A model generated the notes under the pieces. The model did not search any database. It was not told the DNA's origin and saw only the letters and a list, made by a program, of their open reading frames with translations. Positions 39,224 to 53,359 of a stretch of DNA of 64,000 nucleotides are shown one piece after another (position 1 is the first letter of the stretch; the number at the start of each line of letters is the position of its first letter). This DNA comes from Eimeria praecox (taxonomy: Eukaryota): assembly GCA_963920595.1 (NCBI GenBank), contig OY986950.1, forward strand, positions 1,302,001 to 1,366,000, given 5' to 3'. Position numbers and translations under genes: made by a program.

Positions 39224-39254
<31 letters not shown>

Positions 39255-39290
39255 CTCTCTTTTATTTTATTTTATTTATTTCTATGTCTC
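37430..39290. repeat. CT/TCTG-rich polypyrimidine low-complexity tract with (TA)n
   Basis: Directly visible. The long S/L/C/F ORFs here are compositional artefacts. Confidence 0.9.
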
Positions 39291-39355
39291 CTCTCGCTGT
39301 CTCTCACTGTCTCCTTCTGCAGCAGCTTCCTCTCCTAAGGCCCTCTAAGTCAATT

Positions 39356-39437
<82 letters not shown>

Positions 39438-39619
39438 GCAGCAGCAGGTATGCCAGCAGTGGTGGTGACAAGAGCAGCACCTGCTGCAGCAGCAATAAAT
39501 ACGACAGCAGCAGCAGTAGCAGCAGCAGCAGAAGCAGCAGAAGCAACAACAGCAGCAGCACAACAGCAACACAAACAGAAGATTGAAGCTGCTGCAGCAG
39601 CAGCAGCAGTAGCAGGCGT

Positions 39620-39660
<41 letters not shown>

Positions 39661-40373
39661 CAGCAGAAGCAGCAGCAGCCACGGCTACACTTATGAAGAA
39701 ATATTAAACCCTTGTACTTACAAAACCTACTAACCCTAAACCCTAAACCCTAAACCCTAAACCCCAAACCCTAAACCCTAAACCCTAAACCCGGGTCTCG
39801 TGTCGTCTGCAGGGTAGGAGCGGCGGGAGGCGCTCACCGTATCAAACCCTAAACCCTAAACCCTAAACCCTAAACCCTAAACCCTAAACCCTAAAGCTGT
39901 TTATATATTCTAAACAAACTACAGAAATAAATAAAAGACAGTAGCAAAATCTTTTTTATTATTTATCTTCACAGCTATACTTAGCGAAGGGCCCCGAGGG
40001 GCCGCGGGGCCACCCAGTTGACCCTAAACCCTAAACCCTAAACCCTAAACCCTAAACCCTAAACCCTAAACCCTAAACCCTAAACCCTAAACCCCAATTT
40101 GTGCCTTTGTGTAGCTTACTGTGCCATTGAACGGAGACACTCTCCGTATTAACCTTCGAAGCGGCATCAGCAAACCCTAAACCCTAAACCCTAAACCCTA
40201 AACCCTAAACCCTCATCACCTCAAGGGGTTCTTCCATATACCGCTAACCCCTAAACCCTAAACCCTAAACCCTAAACCCTAAAGATGTATAACTCACACA
40301 AAAGCCCGCGAGGGCATATCTATACCTATTAACGCCGCCTGCTCGTTTAGAGTAGGCTCCCTCTGCAGCAGCA

Positions 40374-40418
<45 letters not shown>

Positions 40419-40419
<1 letters not shown>

Positions 40420-40986
40420 TGAGGTCCCCACTTGAGGCTCCCTTCGCCCCTGTGGGGTCTACGGAGGAGCAGCACATGCTGCAAGTCACCGCCTGCACTG
40501 AAAGCGAGTTTGAAGGTAAGCTAAACCCTAAACCCTAGCTAAACCCTAAACCCTAGCTAAACCCTAAACCCTAAACCCTAGCTAAAACCCTGGACTTACA
40601 ATACACCGCAGAAATGTAACTCCGCCTATCCTTAACTCCCCTAGCGATCGCATTTGAGAGGGTTTATTAGGGTTTATTAGGGTTTATTAGGGTTTAGGGT
40701 TTATTAGGGTTTACTAGGGTTTATTAGGGTTTATTAGGGTTTAGGGTTTAGGGTTTAGGGTTTATGAACAGAGTCGCGTACTGCTATAACGGCTGTAGAC
40801 GCCATTATGGATGAAGGTGTGTTCGAGCATCTTAAGAAGTACAGCAGTTATAAATATTCCCTCTATCAGCAGCGGAAGCAGCAGCAGCAGCAGCAGCTGC
40901 AGCAGCAGCGAGCAGAGCTGCAGCAGCGGCTGCAGCAAGTGCAGACGAAATTGCAGCAGCTACAGGATGAAGATAAACAACAACAA

Positions 40987-41038
<52 letters not shown>

Positions 41039-41164
41039 TGCAACAGCAACAGCAGCAGCAGCAGCAGCAGCAACAGCAAGGTGCTGCTGCTTGTGCTGCT
41101 GCTGCAATAACTGGCACTAGCGAGCCTCAGCCGGAGCAGCAGGAGCAGCAGCAGCAGGAGGACG

Positions 41165-41195
<31 letters not shown>

Positions 41196-42050
41196 GCAGC
41201 AGCAGCAGCAGCAGCGACAGCAGCAGCTGCAGCAGCTGCAGGAGGAACAGCAGCAGCTGCAGGAGCAGCTGAATGAGCTGCAGCGGCAGCAGCAGATGGA
41301 AGTTCTTAATGAGTTTGCTGCTATACGACGTATAAACAACGTAAACCCTAAACCCTAAACCCTAAACCCTAAACCCTAAACCCTAGAACCCTAATATCTA
41401 AACCCCAAACCCTAAACCCTATTTCTACAAGCACTAATAAACCCTAAACATCTTATTGCCACCACAACTCTTTCTCTCTTCAGCACTACCCACCTCCCTA
41501 ACTGTAGGGCTTAGGGTTTAGGGTTTAGGGTTTAGGGTTTAGGGTTTAGGGTTTGTGGCTTCAGGAAGCCTGCACCTTACTAGCTAGCAACTATGAAGGA
41601 TACGCCTGGATGTGCCAGGTTGCCGCTCGTGTTATAGAGCTGCTGCATCTTCCTGATGAAGCCGGGGGCCCCCCTGGGGGCCCCCAGGGGGGCCCCCAGG
41701 GGGGCCCCTCAGGGGGCCCCTCGGGGGGCCCCCTAGGAGGCCCTTCAGGGGGCCACTCAGGGGGCCCCTCAGGGGGCCCCCCAGGGCGCCCTTCAGGGGG
41801 CCACTCAGGAGGCCCTTCGGGGCCCCCCTCAGAGGGTACTTCAGGGGGCCCCTCAGGGGGGCCCCCAGGGGGGGCCCCCGTGAAATCTGCTTCGGGGGGC
41901 CCCACAGGGACGCATGCAGGTGATGCTGCAGCACAACAAAGACAGAGGGAGCTGCTGCAGGAGCGGGAGGATCTGCTGCTAGGGTTTAGCAACTCCAGCA
42001 GCAGCAAGAAACTCGAGATGGCATCAGCAGATAGTGTTGTAAGGAAATGC

Positions 42051-42082
<32 letters not shown>

Positions 42083-43237
42083 TTGCTGCTGCTGCTGTTG
42101 CTGCTGCTGCTGTTGCTGGTGCTGCTGTTGCTGGTGCTGCTGTTGTTGCTGCTGCTTTGTGCTGTAGACGTGCGCACTGTGTAGCGTGTTCGTTTGCTTA
42201 TCAGAAGAGTTTAATGCCTTTAACTCAGGGGTTGGAGCTTAGGGTTTAGGGTTTAGGGTTTAGGGTTTAGGGTTTAGGGTTTAGGGTTTAGGGTTTAGGG
42301 TTTAGGGTTTGTGTCTGCAGCTCATTGCTGCATTGTGCGAACTCCTTGCGACGAAGTACAACTCCCACGTCTCAAGTAAGTTTAGAAACCCTCAAGGTCC
42401 CTTGGTCTAGGGTTTAGGGTTTAGGGTTTAGGGTTTAGGGTTTAGGGTTTAGGGTTTAGGGTTTAGGGTTTAGGGTTTAGGGTTTAGGGTTTTGTTTCTT
42501 ATCAGGGAAGCTACTGCAAGACAGGTCTCAGCACGGCAGTTGGCAGCCTCCGCCCTTCTACTGGCATCTGTTCGATGTAGGCCACCCTAAACCCTAAACC
42601 CTAAACCCTAAACCCTAAACCCTAAACCCTACTGCTTGACACTCTTGCTGCTGCTGCTGCTGCTGTTTCCGCTGCTGTTGCTGCTGCTGCTGTTGCTGTT
42701 GCTGTATGTAGCTGTTTGTTTGTGTTATGTTTTGTGGTTTGAAGTAGCATTTGTAATAGTTTAGGGCTTAAGGTTTAGGGTTTAGGGTTTAGGGTTTAGG
42801 GTTTGTCTGCAGCACCCTTGTATCGTAAGACAGATGCTTCAGCTGTATAGACAGCGGCCTCAAGATGAGTTTCTCGCTTGTTGGTTTGAGGACTTCGCTC
42901 TTCATAGAAGACAACCTGCGGCATCCCCTCTTCTCCCCCTTGGGGCTGATGCTGTTCTTACTGCTAAAGTATATCTAGGGTTTAGGGGTTAGGGTTTAGG
43001 GTTTAGGGGTTAGGGTTTAGGGGGAGGGGGTGGGGGGGAGGGGTTTAGGGTTTAGGGATTATGGGCTTTTATGGCCGGGGGGGGTGCGGGGCTGCAGCGG
43101 GGACTGGAAGGTCTACTTAGGGTTTAGGGTTTAGGGTTTAGGGTTTAGGGTTTAGGGTTTGGGGATGATCTGCTTCTGGCCTTCTGCCTATAAATTGCCC
43201 CTGTGTAGGGTTTAGAGTTTAGGGTTTAGGGTTGTAC

Positions 43238-43279
<42 letters not shown>

Positions 43280-44036
43280 TGCTGCAGCTGCTGCAGCAGT
43301 CGCGCCTTACGAGCAACTTTTCGGTATTTACGCTGCGTGTTAGTGAGGAGCTAAGGAGCTTTCTGCTGCGCGTAAGGGTTTAGGGTTTAGGGTTTAGGCT
43401 TTGGGGTTTAGGGTTTAGGGTTTAGGGTTTAGGGTTTAGGGTTTAGCGTAAGCCCTAATTGCAAATTCCTAAGAGGAAAGAGATTGAGAGCTTCGCGGGG
43501 TCTCTAAACAGCGGCTGCTGCCCGCCAGGCTAGGGTTTAGGGTTTAGGGTTTAGGGTTTAGGGTTTAGGGTTTAGGGTTTAGGGTTTGTGATTCAGGATG
43601 AGCGGGAGGAGCTGTTTTCGATGAACCTCTCGAATATTTCGTCGCTATTTCTGCATGCAGGTGTGCCTCTACTGTCTACTGTCTAGGGTTTAGGGTTTAG
43701 GGTTTAGGGTCTAGGGTTTAGGGTTTAGGGTTTAGGGTTTAGGGTTTAGGGTTTAGGAGTTTGTAGACTCGAATTCGCTCTGTGCTCCCTAGGACCTAGG
43801 ACTGCAGCATCTACCATTTGCAAGATTTGCAAGGAATTGTATTTCGGGTTTAGGGTTTAGGGTTTAGGGTTTAGGGTTTAGGGTTTAGGGTTTAGGGTTT
43901 AGGGTTTGTGGTTTCAGAGAATGCTTATTTCTACGCGCTCGCTTTGTTTATTTTTGTTGCTGGCTGGCGTCCTGATTTGAGTGGGGCTAGGAGGCTAGCA
44001 CAGCTCTTAACGAGGCTAGTTGTACAGCCTGGTGGG

Positions 44037-44068
<32 letters not shown>

Positions 44069-44234
44069 ACCGCAGCAGCAGCAGCAGCAACTGCAGCAAA
44101 CAGCTGCAGCAGGAGATGAAGCTCATACATCTCGTGCTGCAGCAGCAACACATATACCTACGCAGGTGGAGAGACAGCGCGAGGTGTCGGCAGCTCAGCT
44201 CTACTTACTCTTATCAAACTTAGATGAGTACGCT

Positions 44235-44270
<36 letters not shown>

Positions 44271-44280
44271 CAGCAGCAGT

Positions 44281-44312
<32 letters not shown>

Positions 44313-44850
44313 TAGTAGCAGCAGCAAGAAGGGCGTCTCTATCTTTTCATTTGCTGTTCTTTTTTTGTTTCTAAAGCACATCATGATCGAACTAGGGTTT
44401 AGGGTTTAGGGTTTAGGGTTTAGGGTTTAGGGTTTAGGGTTTGTGTGTAGGTTTCCTCGTTTAGCAACTCTATTTCGCAGCATAACTCGCTCTCTTTTTA
44501 TTGGGGTGGAGATACACCTGGCGCCCGCGGATGCATGCGACCTCTCTGATATTGTCGAACAGCTGCTGCAGCAGTTTGAACGGCAGCAGCAGCTGCTGTA
44601 TGAGAGGCCTACAGCAGCAAAAAAACAAACTACGCTGCAGCACCATCCAGCAGAAACTGCTGCTGCTGCAGCAGCAGCAGCAGCTGCTGCTGCTGCTGCA
44701 GATGCTGCTATGCAAGCTGCGATGAACCGTAACAATTTGGGAGCAACTGCTGCTCCTGCTGCTGCTGCTGTGCAGCAACAGCAGCAGCAGCAGCAGCAGC
44801 AGCTGGAGCCGTGCAGCTTGCAAGGCCTTGGTGCTTCTCCGCTGCATCTC

Positions 44851-44888
<38 letters not shown>

Positions 44889-44991
44889 TCTGCATGGGCT
44901 GCAGCACCTGCCGCCACCGCTGCAGCAGGAACAGCAGCAGCAGCGCAGCAAGAGACGACGGAGCATCGATGAGAGTGTGTTGACACTCGAG

Positions 44992-45025
<34 letters not shown>

Positions 45026-45212
45026 GCAGCAGCGACAGCAGCAGCCTCAGCTCAAGTACAACAGGCGTCACAAGTCTATGCCTGCAGCAGCAGCAAACAG
45101 AGCAGCAACACGAGCAGCAGCAGCAGCAGCAGATGCTGCAGCACAGCCTCGCTCAACAGCAGCAGCAGCAGCACCACCACGCGTACTACCTGCAGCAGCA
45201 GCAGCATACGCT

Positions 45213-45244
<32 letters not shown>

Positions 45245-45701
45245 TTGAGGAAACAGAAGAAGCTGCAGGAGAAGAAGAGGTTTTAGAAATGCCGTCAGCA
45301 AGTCAATATGGGGTTTCAAGGCCGTGGCATTTAGAGTATCGCAGGACCCGGTAAACCCTAAACCCTAAACCCTAAACCCTAAACCCTAAACCCTAAACCC
45401 TAAACCCTAATTTTTAAACCCTAAACCCTTGCTAATTTGCATGAGGTAAAACACTTTCTCTTTAACATCCAACTATCTACTGTACAGGGGCCCTAAACCC
45501 TAAACCCTAAACCCTAAACCCTAAACCCTAAACCCTAAACCCTAGGACTTGTTGGTGCGTCTTCAGGGGGGCCCCCGTGGAGCCGCCTCTGGCAGCTTTG
45601 AGGGAGACAGCGTTATTAGATTCTCTGCTAGATGACTTCGTTAATCCGCGGTTGCTGCTGCAGCAGAAGCATCAGACAACACACAGGCTGAAGCTGAACA
45701 G

Positions 45702-45742
<41 letters not shown>

Positions 45743-45860
45743 GCAGCAGCAACGGCGGAGAGCCACAGTTTCTAAAGTATACAAATCTTCTCGTTGCTCT
45801 CTGCGTACGTAGTGCTTATGAGCTAACACGACGATGGTGGGAAGGGCGGAAGCAACAAAG

Positions 45861-45892
<32 letters not shown>

Positions 45893-46188
45893 TGCTGCTG
45901 CAGCACGAACATGAGCAGACAGCAGAACACGAGCCATGGCAGTTTGATGGGGACCCTGAAGAAATGCAGCGAAGCTCTGATGAGGTTTGTCTTACCCCCC
46001 TTATAAATAAACCCCAGATTAGGGTTTAGGGTTTAGGGTTTAGGGTTTAGGGTTTAGGGTTTAGGGTTTAGGGTTTATGTTGCAGTGGTCTAGCAGCCAC
46101 TCCTCCCTCTCGGATATCTCCGACTCAGAGCAGCAGCGGCTGCAGATGGAGGATTTGTTTGAAGAGCCCGAGCATCACCTGCCAGGTT

Positions 46189-46244
<56 letters not shown>

Positions 46245-46579
46245 GGATGGCAGCTGCTGCTGTGGGAGCTGCTGCTGTGTTCTCATGCTGTTGATGTTCT
46301 TGCTGCTGCTGCTAATGTGCTGCAGCAAATACTTTGCTGCTGTAAATGTTAGGTTGCTGCTGTTGCTCCTGCTGCTGCTGTTGCTGCTGCTGCTGTTGCT
46401 GCTGCACGGTGTAGTCTCAATATTTCATGCTTCTGCTGCTGCTACTGTTGCTGCTGCTGCTTCTCTATGGCTACTGTTCCTGCTGCTGCTGCTGCTGCTG
46501 CAGGTGCCTCGTTCAGAACGCAGCAGCAGTTCTTCAAGCAGCAGCAGGTGGAAGACAAGCCCCCGCATGCGCTGCTGTT

Positions 46580-46611
<32 letters not shown>

Positions 46612-46733
46612 TTTTCATCGCGCAGCAGCAGCAACAGCAGCAACAGCTGCACCCGCTGCAGCAGCAACAGCAGCAGAATCATCCTTCGCAGCAGCTCTAC
46701 ACTCCGGGCCAGCTAGTGTACATGCAGCAGCAA

Positions 46734-46774
<41 letters not shown>

Positions 46775-47326
46775 GCAGCAGCAGCAAATGATGCTGCAAG
46801 GATTTCATACTATGCAGCAACTGCAGCAGCAGCAGCAAGGGCCTGACTTCAATCATTCCTACGATATGCTGCAGCAGCAGCTGCAGCAGCAGCAGCAGCA
46901 ACAACTGCAGCCACTTCAGCAACAACAGCTGCAGCAGCAGCAGCAGCAACAACTGCAGCCACTTCAGCAACAACAGCTGCAGCAGCAGCAGCAGCAACAC
47001 CTGCAACACCAACAACTGCAGCAGCAACAGCTGCAGCAACATATGCAGCAGCAGCAGCAGCAGTTCGGGCAGCAGCTTCTGCATCAGCAGCTGCAGCAGC
47101 ATCAACACCTCCAGCAGCTGCAGCAGCAGCAGCAGCAGCAGCAACAGCTGCATCAGCACCAGCTGCAGCAACCGCTGCAGCAGCAGCTGCAGCAACCGCT
47201 GCAGCAGCCGCTGCAGCAGCAGCTGCAGCAACAAATGCAGCAGCAGTATTTCGCCTCACTGCAGCACGAGCCGCAGGCAACTCCGCTCCGACTGGAGCAG
47301 CAGCAGCAGCAGCAGCAGTTGTTCTT

Positions 47327-47374
<48 letters not shown>

Positions 47375-47490
47375 GCACGAGCGCGAAGGGCCGCAGCTGC
47401 TGTTCGCTGAAGCACTAAACACAGAAGATGCATGGGAGAAGAGAAGTGACTACGATGCCTGTAAGCTGCTGCTGCTGTTGCTGCCGCTGC

Positions 47491-47525
<35 letters not shown>

Positions 47526-47580
47526 TTGCTGCTGCTGCTGTTGCTGCTGCCGCTGCTCCTGTTGCTGCTGTTGCTGCTGT

Positions 47581-47613
<33 letters not shown>

Positions 47614-47672
47614 GACGCCATGTGGCGGTGTTAGGATGTGCATGCGTTGCTGTGCTGCAGCATCTGTTACTC

Positions 47673-47710
<38 letters not shown>

Positions 47711-47785
47711 TTAGCCTCGAGCAGCATTGTGACGTCAGTGACGCCTTCGCCTGCTGGCAGTCGTGAGTGGCATCAGGAGGAGGAT

Positions 47786-47818
<33 letters not shown>

Positions 47819-47865
47819 GAGCCATGGCAGCAGCTGCAGCAGCAGCAGCTGCAGCAGCAGCAACT

Positions 47866-47900
<35 letters not shown>

Positions 47901-48614
47901 TATATTTAGGAGGGGCCAAGGCCTTCCAGGCATATTCTCCCCCTGATAACTTTCATCTAACATCTTCTCCTTCTTCTTCTTCTCCTCCCCCTCCCCCCCC
48001 CACCACCACCACCAGCAGCAGCAACAGCAGCAGCAGCAGCAGCAACAGGAGCAGCAGCAGCAGCAGCAGATACGAGCAGCCTGCTAGACAGTGAGGTGTA
48101 TGTTAGTGCTAGCGGCAGCAACAGATTAGGGAGGGGCAAACATCTGCCGCAGCGACAGCAACAGAGAATAAGTAGAAGATTTAAAATATATACAAAGTCA
48201 GTAGAAGCATTCAAAGCCATAGCAAGAAAAGAACTGATAGAGGTAGAACAAACCCTAAACCCTAAACCCTAAACCCTAAACCCTAAACCCTAAACCCTAA
48301 ACCCTAAACCCTAAACCCTAATTGCGAATGTCCCGTAGGAACAAGATCAAGGATGACGTATTCTAGGGTTTTAATTGATACTGTTATATAGCGAAAGACG
48401 CTATTAACGAGGGTTTAGACCCCATGTCTAGGGTTTAGGGTTTAGGGGTTAGGGTTTAGGGTTTAGGGTTTAGGGTTTGTGGCTTCAGATATATCGTATA
48501 TGCCGAAGAGAGGATTGGTCCTTAGGAGATAAGTGGCAGGCATTCTTGGGGTGTATAGGGACAAACGTTGCTGCGTCTGCAATATTATCGTTTATAAGAC
48601 AGCAGCTGTTAGGT

Positions 48615-48653
<39 letters not shown>

Positions 48654-48780
48654 GCAGCAGCAGCAGGAGACGCAGCAGCAGATCCCCTCCTCATGGTCAC
48701 TGACGGCCTCCTCCTGCTGCTGAAGTTTATTGTTGATCTACACCGTAACAAGAGGCCCCCCGTTGTAGATCTACTAGGGT

Positions 48781-48822
<42 letters not shown>

Positions 48823-48824
48823 TA

Positions 48825-48858
<34 letters not shown>

Positions 48859-49332
48859 GAGCAGCAGGGGCAGTAGGAGCAGCAGCAGGGGGAGCAGTAG
48901 CAGTAGCAGCAGGAGTAGGGGCAGCAGCAGGGGGAGCAGTAGCAGCAGGAGAAACAACTGCAGCAGCTGCGCAGGGCTAGCTTAGGGTTTAGGGTTCTAG
49001 GGTTTAGGGTTCTAGGGTGTAGGGTTTAGAGGTCTAGGGTTTAGGGTTTAGGGTTTAGGGTTTGTGGGGCCTTCAGGAGATTATTTGTATCGGGAGGCAA
49101 TCGAGGAGAAGCCCCTGCCTTTGCTGAGAAGCGCATGGAGGTATTGCTAGGGTTTAGGGTTTAGGGTTTAGGGTTTAGGGTTTAGGGTCTAGGGTTTACG
49201 GGGTTTGCTGCTGTGAACCCCCGTTTGTGCAGCAGAACGTATGCTGCTGCTGCTGCTGCTGCTGTTGCTGCAGCTGCTGCTTGCCTCTCTGTCTGCCAGT
49301 GCTTTTGACTGTATTGCTGCTGCTGTTGCTGC

Positions 49333-49385
<53 letters not shown>

Positions 49386-50527
49386 CGGCGAGTATCTATC
49401 GCCCGGTTTTGGCTGTACGTCTGCAAATATGAAGGCGAATTTGTTGCTGTTATTTCTGTCTTCAAGCGCGTTGTAAACCCTAAACCCTAAACCCTAAACC
49501 CTAAACCCTAAACCCTAGCACGACCCCCTAGAACAACAAACCCTCAGTCTCCACTATAGAAAACCCAAAACCCTAAACCCTAAACCCTAACCCCAGACAA
49601 CCAGACCTCTTCTATCTGCTTGCAGCAGACAAATGTTAAAGGTTGTGAGCTAGGATAGCACTCTTTCCTCTAGTTTTTTTGGATTTAGGGTTTAGGGTTT
49701 AGGGTTTAGGGTTTAGGGTTTAGGGTTTAGGGTTTAGGGTTTAGGGTTTAGGGTTTTGTTTCTGCAGTACGCCCATACAGATCGAAGTATCTGCCGTTTT
49801 TTTCTGTCTGAGTTGCTGAGGCTATGTGGCCCTCCGTTTGCATCTTACTTTTGTTTGTCTCTTCTTCAATTAATAGCTCAAGTTATTACAACAGGTATAA
49901 ACCCTAAACCCTAAACCCTAAACCCTAAACCCTAGATAAACCCGAAACCCTAAACCCTAAACTTTCGGGGTATGTAGTTTGGCAAAATCCTACACACGTG
50001 TGACATCGGTCGTGATGCATTGAGAGCCTCTTTCTTAGGATTTAGGGTTTAGGGTTTAGGGTTTAGGGTTTAGGGTTTAGGGTTTAGGGTTTGTGTATAG
50101 AGAAGAGCGCGTTTAGAGGCAGCGAGGCGGAGGGAAGAAGACTAAGAAATGCGGTTTTGTCTTTCATCGATCAAACCCTCAGATTCTGCAACGCCCCCAA
50201 CCCTGTGCCTGCTGAGGTGTCTAGGGTTTAGGGTTTAGGGTTTAGGGTTTAGGGTTTAGGGTTTAGGGGTGCAGGGTAGAGTTTACGGTTTAGGGGATGG
50301 TGTTAGGGTTTAGGGTTTACGGATCAGGAATGGTTTTTAGGGTTTAGAAACTAATCCTAGGGCTTTGGATTTGATGCTAGGGTTTAGAGTTTAGAGATGG
50401 AGGCTAGGGTTTAGGGTTTAGGGTTTAGGGTTTAGGGTTTGTCGATGTGCTGCTTCTGCTGCAGGTAGCCGAGCTGGCTCAGGCGGTGCGCGTTCGCTTG
50501 CTGGCTCTGCCGCAAGAAGAAGCTTAA
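40419..50527 (+). CDS. NELFCD: Negative elongation factor C/D (TH1) homologue, multi-exon with large poly-Q insertions
   Basis: Phase-consistent exons include 40419-40515, 40772-41340, 41565-42038, 42321-42375, 42506-42576, 42813-42968, 43288-43371 and 49768-49894, with the last ending at TAA 50527. Colinear matches to human NELF-C/D as recalled: DAIMDEGVFEHLKKY ~ DYIMEPSIFNTLKRY; LLASNYEGYA ~ LLSENYTAVA; HA|ENAYFYALAL ~ HGEHTYLFAQAM; GARRLAQ ~ AVRRIAQ; LAPADA ~ LNPADI; PPLAALRETALLD ~ PPVELIRVPAFLD; TDRSICRFFLSELLRLCGPPFASYF ~ TDISLIRYFVTEVLDVIAPPYTSDF. Confidence 0.85.
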
Positions 50528-50769
50528 GGATTTAGGGTTTAGGGTTTAGGGTTTAGGGTTTAGGTTTTAGGGTTTGGGGTTTAGGGTTTAGACGCAAAAC
50601 CTACAACCCGTGGACTCAGGTTGTCTTTAAGGCTTTGTTTTTTAGGCTTAGGCTGTGAGGGTTTAGGGTTTGGGGTTTAGGGTTTAGGGTTTAGGGTTTA
50701 GGGTTTAGGGGGCCGCTAGACAGCAGCGGCGGGGTGTTAGGCAACATTAAATTGTGTAGGAGAAAAATA

Positions 50770-51590
50770 AAAGAGAGAAAGATAAAGAGAGACAGAGACA
50801 GAGACAGAGACAGAGACAGAGACAGATAGAGATAGATAGATAGATATAAAGAGAGACAGATACAGAGAGACAGAGACAGAGACAGAGACAGATAGAGATA
50901 GATAGATAGATATAAAGAGAGACAGATACAGAGAGACAGAGACAGAGACAGAGACAGATAGAGATAGATAGATAGATATAAAGAGAGACAGATACAGAGA
51001 GACAGAGACCGAGACAGAGACAGATAGAGATAGATAGATAGATATAAAGAGAGACAGATACAGAGAGACAGAGACAGAGACAGAGACAGATGGAGATAGA
51101 TAGATAGATCTAAAGAGAGACAGATACAGAGAGACAGAGACAGAGACAGAGACAGATAGAGATAGATAGATAGATATAAAGAGAGACAGATACAGAGAGA
51201 CAGAGACAGAGACAGATAGAGATAGATAGATAGATATAAAGAGAGACAGATACAGAGAGACAGAGACAGAGACAGAGACAGATAGAGATAGATAGATAGA
51301 TATAAAGAGAGACAGATACAGAGAGACAGAGACAGAGACGGATAAGAAAGAGAGACAGAGACAGGTAACAAGAGAGACAGAGACAGATAACAAGAGAGAC
51401 AGAGACAGATAGAGAGACAGATGAAGAGAGATACAGAGACAGAGACAGAGACAAAAACAGATAGAAATATATAAAAAGAGACAGAGACACAAACAGAGAC
51501 AGAGAGACGGAGAGACAGAGAGACAGAGAAAGAGACAGAGAAAGAAAGAGACAGAGACGGAGACAGAGAAAGAAAGAGACAGAGACAAGC
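50770..51590. repeat. GA-rich minisatellite (~66-bp unit of GAGACA and GATA motifs, about 8 copies) plus a degenerate tail
   Basis: AAAGAGAGACAGATACAGAG recurs with 60-66 nt spacing (e.g. 50848, 50914). Confidence 0.9.
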
Positions 51591-51715
51591 AGCCAGGGGC
51601 TCGAATAAAAGAAACGGACAAACCTGAGTACATTAAAATTATGCTGCTGCTGCTGCAGCAGCAGCAAGAGCAAGCAGCAACAGCAGATGGCAGCAGCAAA
51701 CAGCAACAACAACAA

Positions 51716-51747
<32 letters not shown>

Positions 51748-52333
51748 GCAGCAGCAATAAGGAACAGCAGCAAATAGAGAAGTGGCGTTGCAGCCTCTCT
51801 TCTTTTTGTTAGAGTGTATATAAAATCTAACGGAGCACCTCCTTGATTTAGGGTTTAGGGTTTAGGGTTTAGGGTTATTAACACGGTTATATGTTGCTGT
51901 CATGGGGAGTTGGAGGCTGGAGGTCGCGGGTTCGATACCCCCCGATTTGAGGGTTTATAAAAACTAAATAAAATTGTTTTATTGTGGGGTTTACATATCT
52001 TTATGGTTTTAAATACAAATAAATATTATTATTAATATTTTTAATTTATTATTTTGTTGCTAAAAGAAGAAAAACAAACAAAGGAGCTAAGGGTGGTGAC
52101 TGCCGCCCATGCTGGACCAGAGGGGCTGCTGCCGCCTGTATGGTAGATGTATTAATTTTCTGTGTTTTTATGTTTATTTTATTAAAATAACATTGTAAAT
52201 TTGATTTAAATTAATTTAAATGAGTTATTTAAATGTTTTAAATACAAAAAATAACAAAAATATCCTCCGTTTCCGGTGCTACGGTGTCTGCAGACGGCAA
52301 TGGTGTTGTGGCGTATCTGCAGCAGAAGCAGCA

Positions 52334-52381
<48 letters not shown>

Positions 52382-52530
52382 GCAGCAACAGCAGCAGCCT
52401 CTTTGAGTTTTTGTTTCTTTGTATTCATTATATATTTTATAAATTAATATTTTCTTCTCTTTCTTCTTTCATTGTCGTGTTGCCTTAAACGCCTCATCTG
52501 CAGCAGCACCACGCACCGGCTCGGACACGC

Positions 52531-52597
<67 letters not shown>

Positions 52598-52776
52598 CTG
52601 CATGAAAACTAAGTTGTAACCCCTGTCTATTTATTCTTTTATATTCTTATTGTTATTTTTAAAAGAGAGAATAGCTTCATCTTTGCTGCTATCTCAAGGG
52701 GGGGGCTGCATACACCTCAGCTGTCCATACACCCCAGGGTCACTCGCTAACACACCCGTGCTGCAGCACAACAACA

Positions 52777-52807
<31 letters not shown>

Positions 52808-53045
52808 CAGCAAAACAAACAACAGCAACAACAGCAACAACAGCAACAGCAACAGCAGCAGCAGCAGCAGCAACTGAAAGGTTGACGAGGGGTTTCGAGC
52901 TGCTGCCTACTACACTATCGCAGGTGTATATACACCCCAATTGTTATTAGATATTCCTTCTTATCTAAGCCTCCCTGGCAGTTGTTTTTAGTGCTGCTGC
53001 AGCAGAAGAAGAAGCAAATCGTCCCCTGACGCAGGTGTTTTCGGT

Positions 53046-53080
<35 letters not shown>

Positions 53081-53081
53081 A

Positions 53082-53141
<60 letters not shown>

Positions 53142-53228
53142 GTGCTGTGTCTTATAGAAAGGCCCTTCTAATACGCTTCAGCAGCAGCAGGTAAGAGACT
53201 CTCGAATCCTCTGCTGCTGCTCTTTTCC

Positions 53229-53314
<86 letters not shown>

Positions 53315-53359
53315 TTGGTGCTGCTGCATGTTTGCTGCCGTTCCTTTAGATCTTCTTCG

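Noticed and set aside
37414..39586. Long S/L/C/F-rich ORFs (433, 372, 301, 277 aa)
   Set aside because: Several frames are open at once because the CT-rich repeat rarely forms stop codons; there is no domain signal.
39730..40285. Alternating repeat blocks and 40-130 nt unique spacers resembling a CRISPR array (similar pattern at 32240-32820)
   Set aside because: The repeats are variable-length telomere-like heptamer runs, spacer lengths are irregular, no cas genes are present and the DNA is eukaryotic. I could not assemble a convincing spliced ORF here either.
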